NCBI GenBank assembly: GCA_040767195.1
Contig: JAXGPA010000006.1
Span: 1-64,000 of the forward strand
Direction of reading: 5' to 3'
Origin: Syntrophales bacterium
Lineage (GTDB): Bacteria > Desulfobacterota > Syntrophia > Syntrophales > UBA6807
Length of the DNA: 64,000 bases
Numbering within the stretch: the first letter of the stretch is position 1; every line of letters starts with the position of its first letter. Below, one piece after another: positions 33,779 through 44,900 of this stretch. Below the pieces are notes generated by a model. That model did not search any database. It was not told the DNA's origin and saw only the letters and a list, made by a program, of their open reading frames with translations. A program made the position numbers and the translations under genes.

Positions 33779-35293
33779 TCAGAGAACGGGCACGGCATAC
33801 TGGATGATGTTTCCCATGAGGGCCTGGTTGTAAAAGCCGAGGATGACAATGGCCGCGGCCGCGATGATGAGAGGCAGAAGCATGCTCAAGGGGGCCTCCC
33901 GGATGACCGCGGCCTCTCCGGCCTCCTCGCCGTGATGGCCATGGCCGCCGTGGAACCCGTACCCGATCTCGAAGATCCGGAAGAAGAGAATGATGTTGAT
34001 CAGGCTCGAGGACAGGAGTGCGACGACAAAAAGCCAGCTTCCCGCCTCCAGGGCCCCCTGGATGAGATACCACTTGCTGAAGAACCCGCCCGTCGGCGGC
34101 ACCCCGATGATGGACAGGGCAATGACGACGAAAGCGGCCATGGTGAAGGGCATCCTCTTGAAGAGGTCCTTGAAGTCGGAAAGATTGTGTTCACGCATCT
34201 TGTAGGCGATGATCCCGGCGACGGCAAAGAGGCCCGCCGTCATGACCACGTCGTTGGCGATGTGGAGGACCGTTCCCCTGAGGGCCACCGTGTTCGCCAG
34301 CCCGACCCCGCCGACCATGTACCCCACCTCGGCCACGACGATGTAGCAGAGCATCCGCTTGAAGTCCTTCTGGGCGAGGGCCATGAGGGCGCCGGCGAAG
34401 ATGGCGATGACCCCGGCAACGAGCATGATCTGGGTGACGGGAAGAAATTCAATGGAAAAGGAGGGCTGAAAGACGGTGAACATGATCCGGATCATGACGT
34501 AGATGGAAACCTTGGTCATGAGGGGCGCCACCAGGGCGCTCACCGCCGACGGGGCCTTGGTGTAGGCGTCAGGGAGCCACAGGTGAAGGGGAAAGAGGGC
34601 CATCTTGACGGCGATGCCCACCATGAAAAAGGCGAAGGCTGTGAGCACCACCTTGGAGCCATAAAGAGGAGGGAGAAGCCGGGCCAGGTCTGCCATGTTG
34701 AGGGACCCCGTGACGATGTAGAGATACCCGACGGAGAGGAGATAGAAACAGGCCCCCACGGTGCCCATGATGACGTAGCGGAAGCTGGCGAAGGCGGCCC
34801 CGTCTTCGCCGGCGGCGATGAGGGCATAGCCGGCGATGGAGGCGATTTCCAGGAAGACGTAAAGGTTGAAGGCGTCGCCTGTCACCACGATCCCCAGGAA
34901 CCCCGTCACCTGGAGAAGGAAGAGGCACCGGAAATAGACTTCCTTCCCCGGCAGTTCCTGTTCCACGCTTCTATTGCCGTAGACGGCCACGAGAAGGGAT
35001 GTTCCCGACACGAGGACGAGCATGAGGCCGTTCAGGTGGTCGATGACGTACTCGATGCCCCAGGGCGGGGCCCAGTTCCCCATCCGGTAGCGGATGACCC
35101 CGTTTAACATGACGTCCCGCAGCGCCTCTACCGAAAACAGCGTGGAGAGGATAAGGGCCAGGACCATCCATGGAAAGGTCCAGTCCCTGCGAACGAGTCC
35201 GATCACCGGCGTGAGGAGGGCGAACATGAGGGGAACGACGACGATGAGAACCGGCGATGAATGAACCAGGAAGGGAAACTGTTCGAGAATCAT
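33779..35293 (-). CDS. mrpD: Na+/H+ antiporter subunit D
   Basis: GNWAPPWGIE, TGDAFNLYVFLEI, KMALFPLHLWLPDAY, GVPPTGGFFSKW. Confidence 0.92.
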   Translation of the reverse strand: MILEQFPFLVHSSPVLIVVVPLMFALLTPVIGLVRRDWTFPWMVLALILSTLFSVEALRDVMLNGVIRYRMGNWAPPWGIEYVIDHLNGLMLVLVSGTSLLVAVYGNRSVEQELPGKEVYFRCLFLLQVTGFLGIVVTGDAFNLYVFLEIASIAGYALIAAGEDGAAFASFRYVIMGTVGACFYLLSVGYLYIVTGSLNMADLARLLPPLYGSKVVLTAFAFFMVGIAVKMALFPLHLWLPDAYTKAPSAVSALVAPLMTKVSIYVMIRIMFTVFQPSFSIEFLPVTQIMLVAGVIAIFAGALMALAQKDFKRMLCYIVVAEVGYMVGGVGLANTVALRGTVLHIANDVVMTAGLFAVAGIIAYKMREHNLSDFKDLFKRMPFTMAAFVVIALSIIGVPPTGGFFSKWYLIQGALEAGSWLFVVALLSSSLINIILFFRIFEIGYGFHGGHGHHGEEAGEAAVIREAPLSMLLPLIIAAAAIVILGFYNQALMGNIIQYAVPVL

Positions 35294-35670
35294 TTCATAA
35301 CCTTCAGGATTTCGTCTTCATTCAGGGTCTTGTAGCGGCGGTAAATGTGAATCAGGATGGCCAGGGCCACCCCGAGGGTGGCCACCATGACGACGATGGC
35401 CGTGAGCATGAGAACGTGGGGAAGGGGGTTGATCACCCGGGCCACCTCCACGGCCTCGTGGCCATGCGCCTGGGCGTCCGTGAGAATGGGAAGGGTCGCC
35501 CCTCCCAGCTTGTAGGCGGTGGACACGTAAAAAAGAATGATGGCCGTCTGGAATATGTTCATGCCGATGACCTTCTTGACCAGGTTCGTCTTGGCGATCA
35601 TGGCGTAAAAGCCGATCATCATGAGGATAATGTATATCCAGTAGTTGTACTTGGCGATGACAAATTCCAT
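35290..35670 (-). CDS. mrpC: Na+/H+ antiporter subunit C
   Basis: NLVKKVIGMNI, NPLPHVLMLTAIVV. Confidence 0.92.
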   Translation of the reverse strand: MEFVIAKYNYWIYIILMMIGFYAMIAKTNLVKKVIGMNIFQTAIILFYVSTAYKLGGATLPILTDAQAHGHEAVEVARVINPLPHVLMLTAIVVMVATLGVALAILIHIYRRYKTLNEDEILKVMK

Positions 35671-35740
35671 CCAGGTCCCTCCGTTTTCCGCGGACGATCC
35701 GCCCGGGCCGGCTGCCCCTGCGGGGCTTTTGATGGAGCCG

Positions 35741-36013
35741 TTATTTTTTGCGCCTCCGAAGGAGGAAGATGCAGGATATCCCGGCCGTGAAAATCACCGT
35801 CGTTTCCCCCATGGTGTCGTATCCCCGGTAATCGGCCAGGACCGATGTCACCATGTTGGGGGTTGCCGTTTCTTCCTCCGTTTTCTCGATATACCGGGGA
35901 GACACGTGCCGGCTCGCCGGTGAGTCGGGGTCACCGTAAGCGGGCATGTCGATGGTCCCGTAAACCAGGACGGCCCCGGTGAGAAGCGTGATGAGAAAGC
36001 TCAAAAACTTCAA
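35741..36013 (-). CDS. MnhB-related/MbhE-like small subunit (equivalent to the MrpA C-terminal part)
   Basis: PNMVTSVLADYRGYDTMGETTVIF. TTG start overlaps the upstream stop (TTGA). Confidence 0.85.
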   Translation of the reverse strand: MKFLSFLITLLTGAVLVYGTIDMPAYGDPDSPASRHVSPRYIEKTEEETATPNMVTSVLADYRGYDTMGETTVIFTAGISCIFLLRRRKK

Positions 36014-36255
36014 TCCTTGGTCCTCCTCGTTGTCTTCATCACGGCGGCGACGAACAGGATCGTTCCGATGCCGGCGCTCACCGACGCCTCCGTGAAGGCC
36101 ACGTCCACCGCCCCCATCTGGGCCCACATGATGCACATGAAAAAGCTGTACGCCCCCAGGATCATCGCGGCGCTCAAAAGATCCCTGACGACGATGGACG
36201 CGACGGCACAGATGACGACGAAAATCTGAAGCACGATGTCTATGGGGAGAGTCAT
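36010..36255 (-). CDS. DUF4040/MbhD-like small subunit
   Basis: RDLLSAAMILG..MGAVDVAFTEASVSAGI. Confidence 0.85.
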   Translation of the reverse strand: MTLPIDIVLQIFVVICAVASIVVRDLLSAAMILGAYSFFMCIMWAQMGAVDVAFTEASVSAGIGTILFVAAVMKTTRRTKD

Positions 36256-36575
36256 GGTTTTTCTTCCTTCCCTTCCTTCCGCCAGATTTCAAGGCCGCAC
36301 CGGACACCGGCCCGGGAGATGGCGTGAGTCGCCGTGGGCTGGGCGAGGAACATGAAGACGGCGATCATGAGAATCTTGACGCTCGTCACGTTCATGCCCT
36401 CGTGGATCGCCAGGCCGACGAGAGACAGGGTGACCGCCAGGGTGTCGCCCTTTCCCGTGGCGTGAAGCCGGGTAAAGAAGTCGGGGAACCGGAGAAGCCC
36501 GATCGTAGCCGTGGCAAAGAAAAAAACACCGCCGAGAAGAAAAAAGCCGGAGAGAAGATTCTGTATCGTTTCCAT
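36252..36575 (-). CDS. mrpG: Na+/H+ antiporter subunit G
   Basis: IGLLRFPDFFTRLHATGKGDT, QPTATHAISRA. Start set at ATG 36575. Confidence 0.92.
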   Translation of the reverse strand: METIQNLLSGFFLLGGVFFFATATIGLLRFPDFFTRLHATGKGDTLAVTLSLVGLAIHEGMNVTSVKILMIAVFMFLAQPTATHAISRAGVRCGLEIWRKEGKEEKP

Positions 36576-36577
36576 GG

Positions 36578-36838
36578 TTATCTTTCCATTTCCAGGTACT
36601 TCGCCACGGCGACGCATCCGATGAAATTGAGGAGGGCGTAAACGATGCTGATGTCGACGAACATGTCCACCCGCTGGTAGAGAAAGCCGACAATGAGGAG
36701 AATGATGAGGGTCTTCGTCCCCACGGCGGAAATGGCGGCCACCCGGTTGAAGACGCCGGGGCCGTAAACGACCCGGTAAAGGACCAGGAGAACGAGAAAA
36801 CAAATCCCGAGGGCTACGGCAAGAAAAAACGTGTCCAT
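36578..36838 (-). CDS. mrpF: Na+/H+ antiporter subunit F
   Basis: YRVVYGPGVFNRV, VDISIVYALLNFIG. Confidence 0.9.
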   Translation of the reverse strand: MDTFFLAVALGICFLVLLVLYRVVYGPGVFNRVAAISAVGTKTLIILLIVGFLYQRVDMFVDISIVYALLNFIGCVAVAKYLEMER

Positions 36839-36839
36839 T

Positions 36840-37325
36840 TCAAGCCTCTTTTACGGGGGGTTCCCCGACGTCTTCCTCTTCGCCGGGAAGGACGCCGCCC
36901 GTGGAGATATCGAGAAAAATGGAAACCATGACGGCCATGACGGCGAATCCGACACCGATTTCGACTCCCAGTATGCCCAGGGACCGGGCGTGGGCCGGAT
37001 CGACATGAAGAATTCCCGCCAGCATGCTGTAATCCAGGAAATTTCCCAGCAGAACGAGGCACAGGAAACCGATTCCCGCATAAATGAGAACGCCCATGCT
37101 GCTGAAGACGATCATGGTCTTTTCCGAAACCCGGGACCTGGCGTCGTGGTAACCGTGGGTAAGGAGAAGAAGGACGAAGCTCGCGCCGAAGATGACGCCC
37201 CCCTGGAATCCCCCGCCCGGGCTGTAGTGACCGTGCATGATCACGTAAAGGGCATAGATCTGTATGAAAGGGATGAGCATCCGGGAGATGGTCCGGATGA
37301 TGACGTCTTCACCCCGGTGTATCAT
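36840..37325 (-). CDS. mrpB: Na+/H+ antiporter subunit B
   Basis: HGHYSPGGGFQGGV, VEIGVG. Confidence 0.92.
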   Translation of the reverse strand: MIHRGEDVIIRTISRMLIPFIQIYALYVIMHGHYSPGGGFQGGVIFGASFVLLLLTHGYHDARSRVSEKTMIVFSSMGVLIYAGIGFLCLVLLGNFLDYSMLAGILHVDPAHARSLGILGVEIGVGFAVMAVMVSIFLDISTGGVLPGEEEDVGEPPVKEA

Positions 37326-37336
37326 GGTCTGCCTCC

Positions 37337-38050
37337 CTATTTCAGCGCCGCGAAGATCCGGGCTACGTCGAGAACGTCCTGGATGTAGATGTGGTCCGCT
37401 TCCATGAAGATGTGGGCGACCTTGTCTTCCATGTCCCCGGCGTTCAGGTCGTCGGCCACTTTCCGGGACAGGGCGTGGACGACGAATTCACCGTTTTCGA
37501 TGGCGATGGTGATGGTTCCCGGCGTCAGGGTGATCGAGTTCGCCAGGGTCACCATGGATGTGTCGCTCTCCAGTTTCGTTTTGTAGCGAATCAGCTTGGG
37601 GTCGATGGGGAGCCTCGGGGACAGCACCAGGCGGGCTACGTGAAAATTGGACAGGACGACCTGGTAAAAGAGCCACGGAACATACAGGAAAAACCGCCCG
37701 GCGATGACCCGCATGTCACCGGCCCGGACGTTGTGAAACAGGAGATCGTGGCCGAAAGAGGCGACGATACCGCAGCAGATGACCCCCAGGGACAGGTGGA
37801 AAGTGTCGTATTTTCCTGAGAGAAGGGCCCAGAAGAAAAAAAGGATGACAAAGGTGACGACAAAATTCTGCAGTCCCGCCCGGGTTTCCTGGGCCCCGCG
37901 AAAGATGGCCCGGACCTTCTTTTCCTCCATCCAGCGGGTTTCCGAGGTCAGCTTGGCGGCCGTGTTCATGAGATCGACCGCCCGGACCCTGGCCCTTTCC
38001 AGGATGGCGAAAGATTCATCCGCCGCTTGCACGAGAAGGGTGACTTCCAC
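37337..38050 (-). CDS. mrpE: Na+/H+ antiporter subunit E with N- and C-terminal extensions
   Basis: FWALLSG, SNFHVA..PIDP, LANSITLTPGTIT, VHAL. RBS AGGAGAGG before GTG 38050. Confidence 0.9.
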   Translation of the reverse strand: MEVTLLVQAADESFAILERARVRAVDLMNTAAKLTSETRWMEEKKVRAIFRGAQETRAGLQNFVVTFVILFFFWALLSGKYDTFHLSLGVICCGIVASFGHDLLFHNVRAGDMRVIAGRFFLYVPWLFYQVVLSNFHVARLVLSPRLPIDPKLIRYKTKLESDTSMVTLANSITLTPGTITIAIENGEFVVHALSRKVADDLNAGDMEDKVAHIFMEADHIYIQDVLDVARIFAALK

Positions 38051-38253
38051 GCCTTAATCCTCTCCTGACAACGTTTTAATCGAGCCGCCGGCCCTGGTGC
38101 CCGCCACTCCCGGTCACTGCGGCGCGCCTTCCCCGCCTCGCTCCCCGATATTCGAGCGCCTTGACCCGCGATCTTTTACAAAACCGTCTCAAAAAATGGT
38201 CTTTCGAGACGCCTGGGGTTTTATCTCTCTCAAAAGCCTGAATATGGTGGGAA

Positions 38254-39021
38254 TCAGGGCACGATCAGGACGGGAACGGGAGACCGCTTCAGAACACCGA
38301 ACACCGGCTCCTCCTGAAGAAGCCGGGCGAGAAGCGGTTTCGCTGTGATCCCTCCCACGACGATCACCGACCCCCTGTAATCCCTCGATGATGTCACAAT
38401 TTCCTCTGCCGTGTCCCCCGCGTAATAATGGGCTTCCGCGTCGATGCCTTGATCGAGGCACCTTCTTCGCGTTCCCGTAAGTTTTTCCTTGATTTCCCGC
38501 ATGTCCCGGACGGTGAGCTTTTCGTTTATCACGTGGACCACTTCCATCGCGACGATGAAGTCACGCAACGGGAGCAGAAGACCCAGGGCCCTCTCCGCCG
38601 GTTCCGTCCAGTTCGTCCCGTAAATGACGTGCGAAAAAAGACCCTTCACGGTCTTATCCCCGCTCTTTTCGAGAATGATGAGAACGGGAACGGGAGAGTC
38701 CTGGACGAGATCTTTCAGGACCGGGCCGGGAAAGGCGTCCCTCTCTCGAAGGCTGTCCTCCTCCAGTATGACGACCATGGACGCCTCCGCCTCTTTCGCG
38801 GCCCCGAGGATGTGGACGGCGTCGTTTCCTTCCGACGGCATGACCCGCGCCGTCATGGAGACCTGCCCGAGAGTTTCCCGCCACGGGTCAGGCGGTTCCA
38901 CACCGTAAAAGACCACTTCCCCGAAGCCGGCGCCGCGGAGCTCGGAAATCTTTTCCAGGGTGGACGGCAGAAAAAGGCATTTTTCCCCCGTCGAAGCGCA
39001 AAGTAACCGTGTCATTTTCAC
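38254..39021 (-). CDS. Universal stress protein (tandem, divergent N-terminal domain)
   Basis: LFSHVIYGTNWTE, GDTAEEIV, SPVPVLI twice. Confidence 0.8.
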   Translation of the reverse strand: MKMTRLLCASTGEKCLFLPSTLEKISELRGAGFGEVVFYGVEPPDPWRETLGQVSMTARVMPSEGNDAVHILGAAKEAEASMVVILEEDSLRERDAFPGPVLKDLVQDSPVPVLIILEKSGDKTVKGLFSHVIYGTNWTEPAERALGLLLPLRDFIVAMEVVHVINEKLTVRDMREIKEKLTGTRRRCLDQGIDAEAHYYAGDTAEEIVTSSRDYRGSVIVVGGITAKPLLARLLQEEPVFGVLKRSPVPVLIVP

Positions 39022-39043
39022 TACTTCAGCCGCTCCATCACCC

Positions 39044-39934
39044 TCAATGGTTTTCAGCTTTCAATTGAGCCGGGATGAGCAAGGTGGGAAATGCCGAGTT
39101 TTCCGCGAGACTCCGGGCCACGTTGCCCAGGAAGATCTCTTTCAGTTTGCTTTGCCCCGTTGCCCCCACAACGACCATGGTCGCCTCTCTTTCCCTGGCG
39201 GCCTTTTCTATCTGCTCGGAGACGTTCCCGATATAGAGGTGCGGTTCCGCTTCGATCCCCTCTTTCTGGAAAATGTCGCACACCTGGTCCATTTTCTGCC
39301 TGTTTTCCTTGCGGATGGCCTGGATCTCCATGGCCGACGGGCTCTTGAAGGTCTTTTCGCTGGCCACGTGAACGACGACGACTTTCTTGATGATGTCTTT
39401 GTAGTTGAGAAGATACCGGACGATGTGGTCCGTCGGTTCGGACCAGTCCAGCGCCAGAAGGGGCTGCTCGAAGGGCTTCTCGTTGATCTTGCCCGATGGC
39501 AGCATGTACTTGTAAACCAGCACCGGGGTGGAGGTTCTTCTGAGAATTTCAACGGTCTCCGATCCCGCGTACAGTTCCTCGATCTTCCCTTTCTTGTGGC
39601 GGCCCGTGACGATAAGGTCGACGCTTTCCTCCTCTACCGTAGAAATGATCTTGGGCAGGACGTTTCCGACGATGATGTAGGCACCGACCTCCATGCCCTG
39701 TTCGAAAAGGCTTTCCGCCCAGTCTATGAAACGGACATTGGCGATCTCTCTCAGCTTGACTTCCTCGTCCTTGAGATAGCCCTTCCCCCGTTTCATGGCC
39801 ACCTTGTCCCTCTCGATGACGTGAAGAAAAACGACATGATTGAAACCGGCCTTCCGGAGATCCATGAGGGACTGAAGGGCGTCGAACCACAACTCTTCAA
39901 ACTGGGTAACGAAAAGCAGTTTTTTGGTCTTCAT
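39044..39934 (-). CDS. Universal stress protein (tandem domains)
   Basis: Two USP folds: DLIVTGRH..AGSETVEILRR..PVLV and MVVVGATG..FLGNVARSL..PTLLIP. Confidence 0.9.
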   Translation of the reverse strand: MKTKKLLFVTQFEELWFDALQSLMDLRKAGFNHVVFLHVIERDKVAMKRGKGYLKDEEVKLREIANVRFIDWAESLFEQGMEVGAYIIVGNVLPKIISTVEEESVDLIVTGRHKKGKIEELYAGSETVEILRRTSTPVLVYKYMLPSGKINEKPFEQPLLALDWSEPTDHIVRYLLNYKDIIKKVVVVHVASEKTFKSPSAMEIQAIRKENRQKMDQVCDIFQKEGIEAEPHLYIGNVSEQIEKAAREREATMVVVGATGQSKLKEIFLGNVARSLAENSAFPTLLIPAQLKAENH

Positions 39935-39989
39935 TTCAGGTCTAAAATCCTCTCTGTATCATCAAGGAGGGACGGTTTCGAGGCCCCCT

Positions 39990-40382
39990 CTATTTCACAA
40001 ACCGGGCAATTATATCCGCGAGTTCCTGGGGATCGACGGGTTTTTCGATGTAGGCCGACGGCTCGGGGACGGGTTCGTCTCCGAATTCTGTCAGGGCCTC
40101 CTGGGACCTGAGAAAGGTCCTCTTGGCGATCCCCGAAAGGATGATCACGGGAATGTCCCTGAGCTCGGGATCGTTCTTGAGTTCCCGGTACATCCGGATG
40201 CCGCTCTGCTTCGGCATCAGGACATCCAGAATGATGAGAGACGGCTTTTCCACTTTCGCCATGGCCAGGCCGGTCTCGCCGTTTTTCGCGATAAGAGGCG
40301 TGTATCCGTTCTCTTCCAGGACCGTTTTCACAAATACGGTGATATCGGGATCATCATCTACGGAAAGGATTTTTTTTGACAT
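39990..40382 (-). CDS. Single-domain response regulator
   Basis: ILSVDDD, LDVLMP, IPVIILSG, YIEKP; about 15-aa insertion before the KP motif. Confidence 0.92.
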   Translation of the reverse strand: MSKKILSVDDDPDITVFVKTVLEENGYTPLIAKNGETGLAMAKVEKPSLIILDVLMPKQSGIRMYRELKNDPELRDIPVIILSGIAKRTFLRSQEALTEFGDEPVPEPSAYIEKPVDPQELADIIARFVK

Positions 40383-40399
40383 GGAAGCCCCCTGAGTGA

Positions 40400-41962
40400 T
40401 TAATGTTTTTTTCCGACGCGGGCCCTTCTCCGGATTTCGTCACCGGCCTCCTTCCGGTAGGGCAGGTAGATGGTAAAGGTGGAACCTTTCCCCGGTTCCG
40501 ACGACACTTCGATCCGTCCACCGTTTTCCTGGATGAGCTTGTGGGTGACGAGAAGGCCGAGTCCCGTCCCCTTCCCCCCCTTGGTGCTGAAAAACGCCGA
40601 GAAAAGCTTTTTTCTGACGTCGGCGGTCATGCCAGCCCCATTGTCCGTCACGTCAAAACGGATGGTGTTCTCCTCTTCCTGTTTTGTCCTGACGGAAACA
40701 CGCCATTCCTTGTTTTCGCTGAGGTCGAAAAGGCAGGCGTCTATGGCATTGGAAACGAGGTTGAGAAGACAGCGGTGAACGGCACTCGGATCCATGGTCA
40801 CCTGGCCGATGGCGGGATCGAGATCCCGGACCAGAGCGATCTGGTTCTGGGCCGCTTTCACTTCCATGAGTTCGCAGACATCCTCGACGATATCGTTTGG
40901 AAAGCAGTCGCGGTACTCCGGTTCTCTTTCCTTCGAGTAGGTCAGAAGGTCCATCACGAGATCCGACACGCGGCCGATGTTCCTCTGGACCATGGTCCAA
41001 CCCGCTTTTAGCTTATCCTTGTCATCTTTGTCAAGGCCAATATTGACAACGTACATGCCTCCCTGGAGGCCCGTCAGGATGTTCTTGATGTAGTGGGCGA
41101 GCCGGGCCACGGTCTGCCCGATGGCGGCCAGCCGCTCCGACTGGACGAGTTCTCTCTGGAGGCGGCGGATCTCCCGGAGGTCCTGGAAAAAACCCACGCT
41201 CCCGATGACATTGTCCCCCTCGTAGAGCAGGGCCCCGGAAAAGCGGACGGGGACGGGCTGCCCGCCCTTGGCCAGGATGGTCACCTCTTTCCATCCCCAG
41301 CCCCTCTTATCACGTTTTCTTCGGAATCCGCTCTGGAACTCCCGGGCCACTTCCTCGGGATAGAGGTCGATAAAGGTCTTCCTGTCCACGAGCTCTCTCC
41401 GGGAATAGCCGAAAATGCTCTCCGCGCCCGGATTGAAAAGGATGATGGTCCCATGCTCGTCGGTGGCCACGATCCCGTCGTTGGAGCTGGTGATGAGCTT
41501 GTCCTGGAACTCCGACTTTCGCCGCACCTCTTCCGTGGCGATCTGGCACATCTGCTCCAGGTCGGTGGTGTAGGCCTGGAGCTGCCGCTTCATCTCCAGC
41601 TTTTCCTGCGCCCGGTCCAGGGCGATCCGGAGGGCTTCGTCGCGAACGGGCTTGTTGATGAAATCGGAGGCGCCGTACCGAAGGGCCTCGATGGCCGAGT
41701 CCATGTCCCCGTGGCCGGTGATGACGATGACTTCCGCGTCGGGATCGATTTCCTTCACCCTTCGGAGGACCTGGAAACCGTCCATGCCGGGCATCTTGAG
41801 ATCCGTGAGAACGACGGGAGGGTGTTCCTTCTCGAAAACGGCCAGGCCCTCCCGCCCGTTCAGGGCGGTGTGGACCTGGTACCCCTCGTGTCTCAGGGAC
41901 ATGGAAAGGACCTTGAGGATGCCCTCCTCGTCGTCTATGAGCAGTAACTTATTCATTTTCAC
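40400..41962 (-). CDS. Hybrid REC-PAS-histidine kinase
   Basis: REC (LIDDEE, TDLKMP, ITGHG, FINKP); PAS; H-box LAHYIKNIL; NLVSNAID; DNGAG; GTGLGL. Confidence 0.92.
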   Translation of the reverse strand: MKMNKLLLIDDEEGILKVLSMSLRHEGYQVHTALNGREGLAVFEKEHPPVVLTDLKMPGMDGFQVLRRVKEIDPDAEVIVITGHGDMDSAIEALRYGASDFINKPVRDEALRIALDRAQEKLEMKRQLQAYTTDLEQMCQIATEEVRRKSEFQDKLITSSNDGIVATDEHGTIILFNPGAESIFGYSRRELVDRKTFIDLYPEEVAREFQSGFRRKRDKRGWGWKEVTILAKGGQPVPVRFSGALLYEGDNVIGSVGFFQDLREIRRLQRELVQSERLAAIGQTVARLAHYIKNILTGLQGGMYVVNIGLDKDDKDKLKAGWTMVQRNIGRVSDLVMDLLTYSKEREPEYRDCFPNDIVEDVCELMEVKAAQNQIALVRDLDPAIGQVTMDPSAVHRCLLNLVSNAIDACLFDLSENKEWRVSVRTKQEEENTIRFDVTDNGAGMTADVRKKLFSAFFSTKGGKGTGLGLLVTHKLIQENGGRIEVSSEPGKGSTFTIYLPYRKEAGDEIRRRARVGKKH

Positions 41963-44900
41963 GGTTCGCCCTGTCTTCCCCTGCCGCGGGAAAGGTCACC
42001 CGGAAGGTCGTCCCCGCGTTCATGTCGCTTCTGACCTCGATCGTCCCGCCGTAATCCTTGACAATGCCGTAGCTGATGCTCATACCGAGCCCCGTCCCCT
42101 TGCCCACCTCCTTGGTGGTGAAGAAAGGCTCGAAAATCTTGTCCATGTTCTCCGGGGGGATGCCGATCCCCGTGTCCTCCACGGTGACGACCACGGACTC
42201 CCCCTCCAGACGGGACCGCAACGTTAGTATCTTTTTTTCGTCCCCCCTGTCAATCCCCGATTTCTTCTCGTCCATGGCATCCATGGCGTTCGTCACGAGG
42301 TTGATAAACACCTGCTCCAGCCGGTTGTGGTCCGCCAGGACGGGGGGAAGGTTTTCCTGGAGGTCGAAGCGGACCTCGATTTCATGGACCCGAAGCTGCT
42401 GGCCCAGGATCTTGAAGACGTCCATGATGGGACGGTTGATGTCGATCCGGTCCTTCGTCACCTCCGACTTGCGGGTGAAGTCCCGCATGTGCCTGATGGT
42501 ATTGGCGGCCCGCTGGACATTCCGGCCGATCTCCTCGGCCACCGTGTTGAGCTCCTCGCCGGTGATTTCCTGTCCCCCGGACAGCTTCTTCCGCATGAAA
42601 TCGGAGCACACCTGGATCACGTTGAGGGGCTGGTTGATCTCGTGGGCGATCCCCGAGGCCATGGTGCCCAGGGTGGCCATCTTTCCCGCCTGGATGAGCT
42701 GGGCTTCTTTTTTCACCGTTTCCGTGACGTCGGGCGTCGTGGCGATGAGGCAGTCCCGGCCCATGAAGTCGGCGGCCCGGATGTGGATGTTGACATAAAA
42801 GGGAATCCCTCCCTTCTTGCGGAAAAGCTTCTTCGAGAAGAAGACGGACTGGTTGGCCGCGATTTTCCGGAGTCCCTCCTCCAGTTCGGCATCCTTCTGG
42901 AATACCAGGTCGGGAAGGGACATCCCCAGGAATGCCTTCCGGGTGTAGCCGTAACAGTCCAGGGCCGTGGCGTTCACATCCAGGATGGCCTGGGATCCTC
43001 GGTCGGCGATGAGAATGGGATTGGGGTCGGCGTCGAACATGGTGCGGTATTTTTCTTCCGATTTCCGGATCTCACGGTAGGACTCCTCCAGTTCCGCCGT
43101 CTTTTCCCGGACCTTGACCTCCAGCCTCTGGCCGAACATTTTCGCTTCCTGGTGCAGCCGGGCGTTTTCCATGGCCAGGGCGATCCGGTTGCAGACGAGG
43201 GCCACGAGGTTTTTGTCCTCCTCGGAAAACCGCTTCATCTTGAGGCTGGAGACGCGCAGGACGCCGATGACGCCCTCCTTCGAGGCCAGGGGGAGATAGG
43301 CTGCCGACTTGAGGTGCTCCTGATCGACGAAGGCGTCGAAAGGCGCGCTTTCCTCATCCACGTTCTCAAAAAAAACGGCCTTGCCCCTCAGGGCGACTTT
43401 TTCGACCACGCTGTCATCGCCGACGCCGGCTCCCCGGGGGTAGAAGGTTTCCGCGACACCCCGGGAATAGGCCACCCGGAGCGGTCCCCCGGCCTCCCGG
43501 AGATAGATGACAACGCCGTCCACGTTCAGGTTCGCCAGGATTCCCTGGGCCCCGGCGACGAGACGCTCCTCCATGTCCAGGGACTCGCTCAGGGCGCTCG
43601 TGATCTCCCAGAGCGTGGAAATCTGGCGGAGATGCCTTTCCCTTTCCTCCTGGAGAAGCTTGGAGTCGGTAATGTCCCACAAGGTCTCGATGGCCCCGAC
43701 GATGGTCCCGTCAGGCCCCTCAAGGGGGGCGCCGGTGAAATAGAGCCACTTCCCGTTTTCGCCCATGTGGGGGAAAAAATCCTCCGCTTCGTAAGCCTTG
43801 TCGATGAGGATGGACTTTCGCCACCGCTCCCCGTAGAGTTTACCGATTTCCTCCTCCGACATGCGGTCCACGATGACATCGGCCATGATGGGTTTCCGGG
43901 TGGGGTAAAAGGCCTTCCAGTGATCCTTCGTTCCCACCGTTTCCCGGGCCGGCCGTCCCGTCAGGGTCTCGATGGCCCGGTTCCAGTGGGTCACCCGGTG
44001 ATCCCTGTCTATGACGAAGGTGGGAATGGTGCTTCCCTCGATGATCTGAAAAAGCGTGTACTCCCGCTGGCGGAGTTCCGCCTCCGCCTTCTTCCGTTCC
44101 GTGATGTCCTCGTACGTGGCGACGATGGCCTGTTCCTTCAGCCGCTCACCGATCCGGGAAGCCCGGACCATGCAGAGGATTTCCCGTCCGTCCTTGCGGA
44201 CACAGGGGTATTCACCGCTGAAGGTGCGCTGCTGCTCCAGGGCCTCGTAGAAGGCTTTTCCTACGCTCTGGTAGACGGCTTCACCGGGATAGAGGATTCG
44301 CGTGTTCTGCCCGATGAGGTCCCCCGCTTTCCAACCGAAGACGGACTCGGCCGCCTCGTTGGCGAAAAAGATGCGCCTTTCCCGCAGGACCAGGGCGGCG
44401 ACGTGAAGGGTATCCAGGATGGAAGCCTCTATCGCTTCGATTTCCTTCAGTTTTTCCCTTGCCTCCCGCTGGGCCGTCACGTCCCAGAGCGTCTCGATGG
44501 CCCCGAGCGTCTCCCCGACCGGTCCCCGGAGGGGGGCGGCGGTGAAATAGAGCCACTTTCCCTTTTCCCCCATGTGGGGATAAAAGTTTTCCGCCTCGTA
44601 GGAGCCTTTCAGGTAGGCTGACGGCCGGGCCCTCTTCCCCAGGTGCTTCCTGATTTCCCGCTCGCTTTTTCCGTCCACGACGAGGTCGGCGAGGCAGGGT
44701 TTTTTCTCCTCGTAGAAGGCCGTCCAGTGGTTCTTCGTCCCCACCATCTCTTCCGCCCGGCGCCCCGTGACCTGCTCCAGGGCCTGGTTCCAGTGGGTCA
44801 CCACGTGGTTCTCGTTGATGACGAACGTGGGGATCGTGCTGCCATGGATGATCTGGGAAACCATCCGGTCATGACGGAGCCGCCTCTTTTCCACGGCCTG

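Noticed and set aside
33779..38050. Membrane arm of complex I or an energy-converting hydrogenase
   Set aside because: MrpB/C/E/F/G are all present, while no NuoH-like, Fe-S or NiFe catalytic subunits occur in the window.
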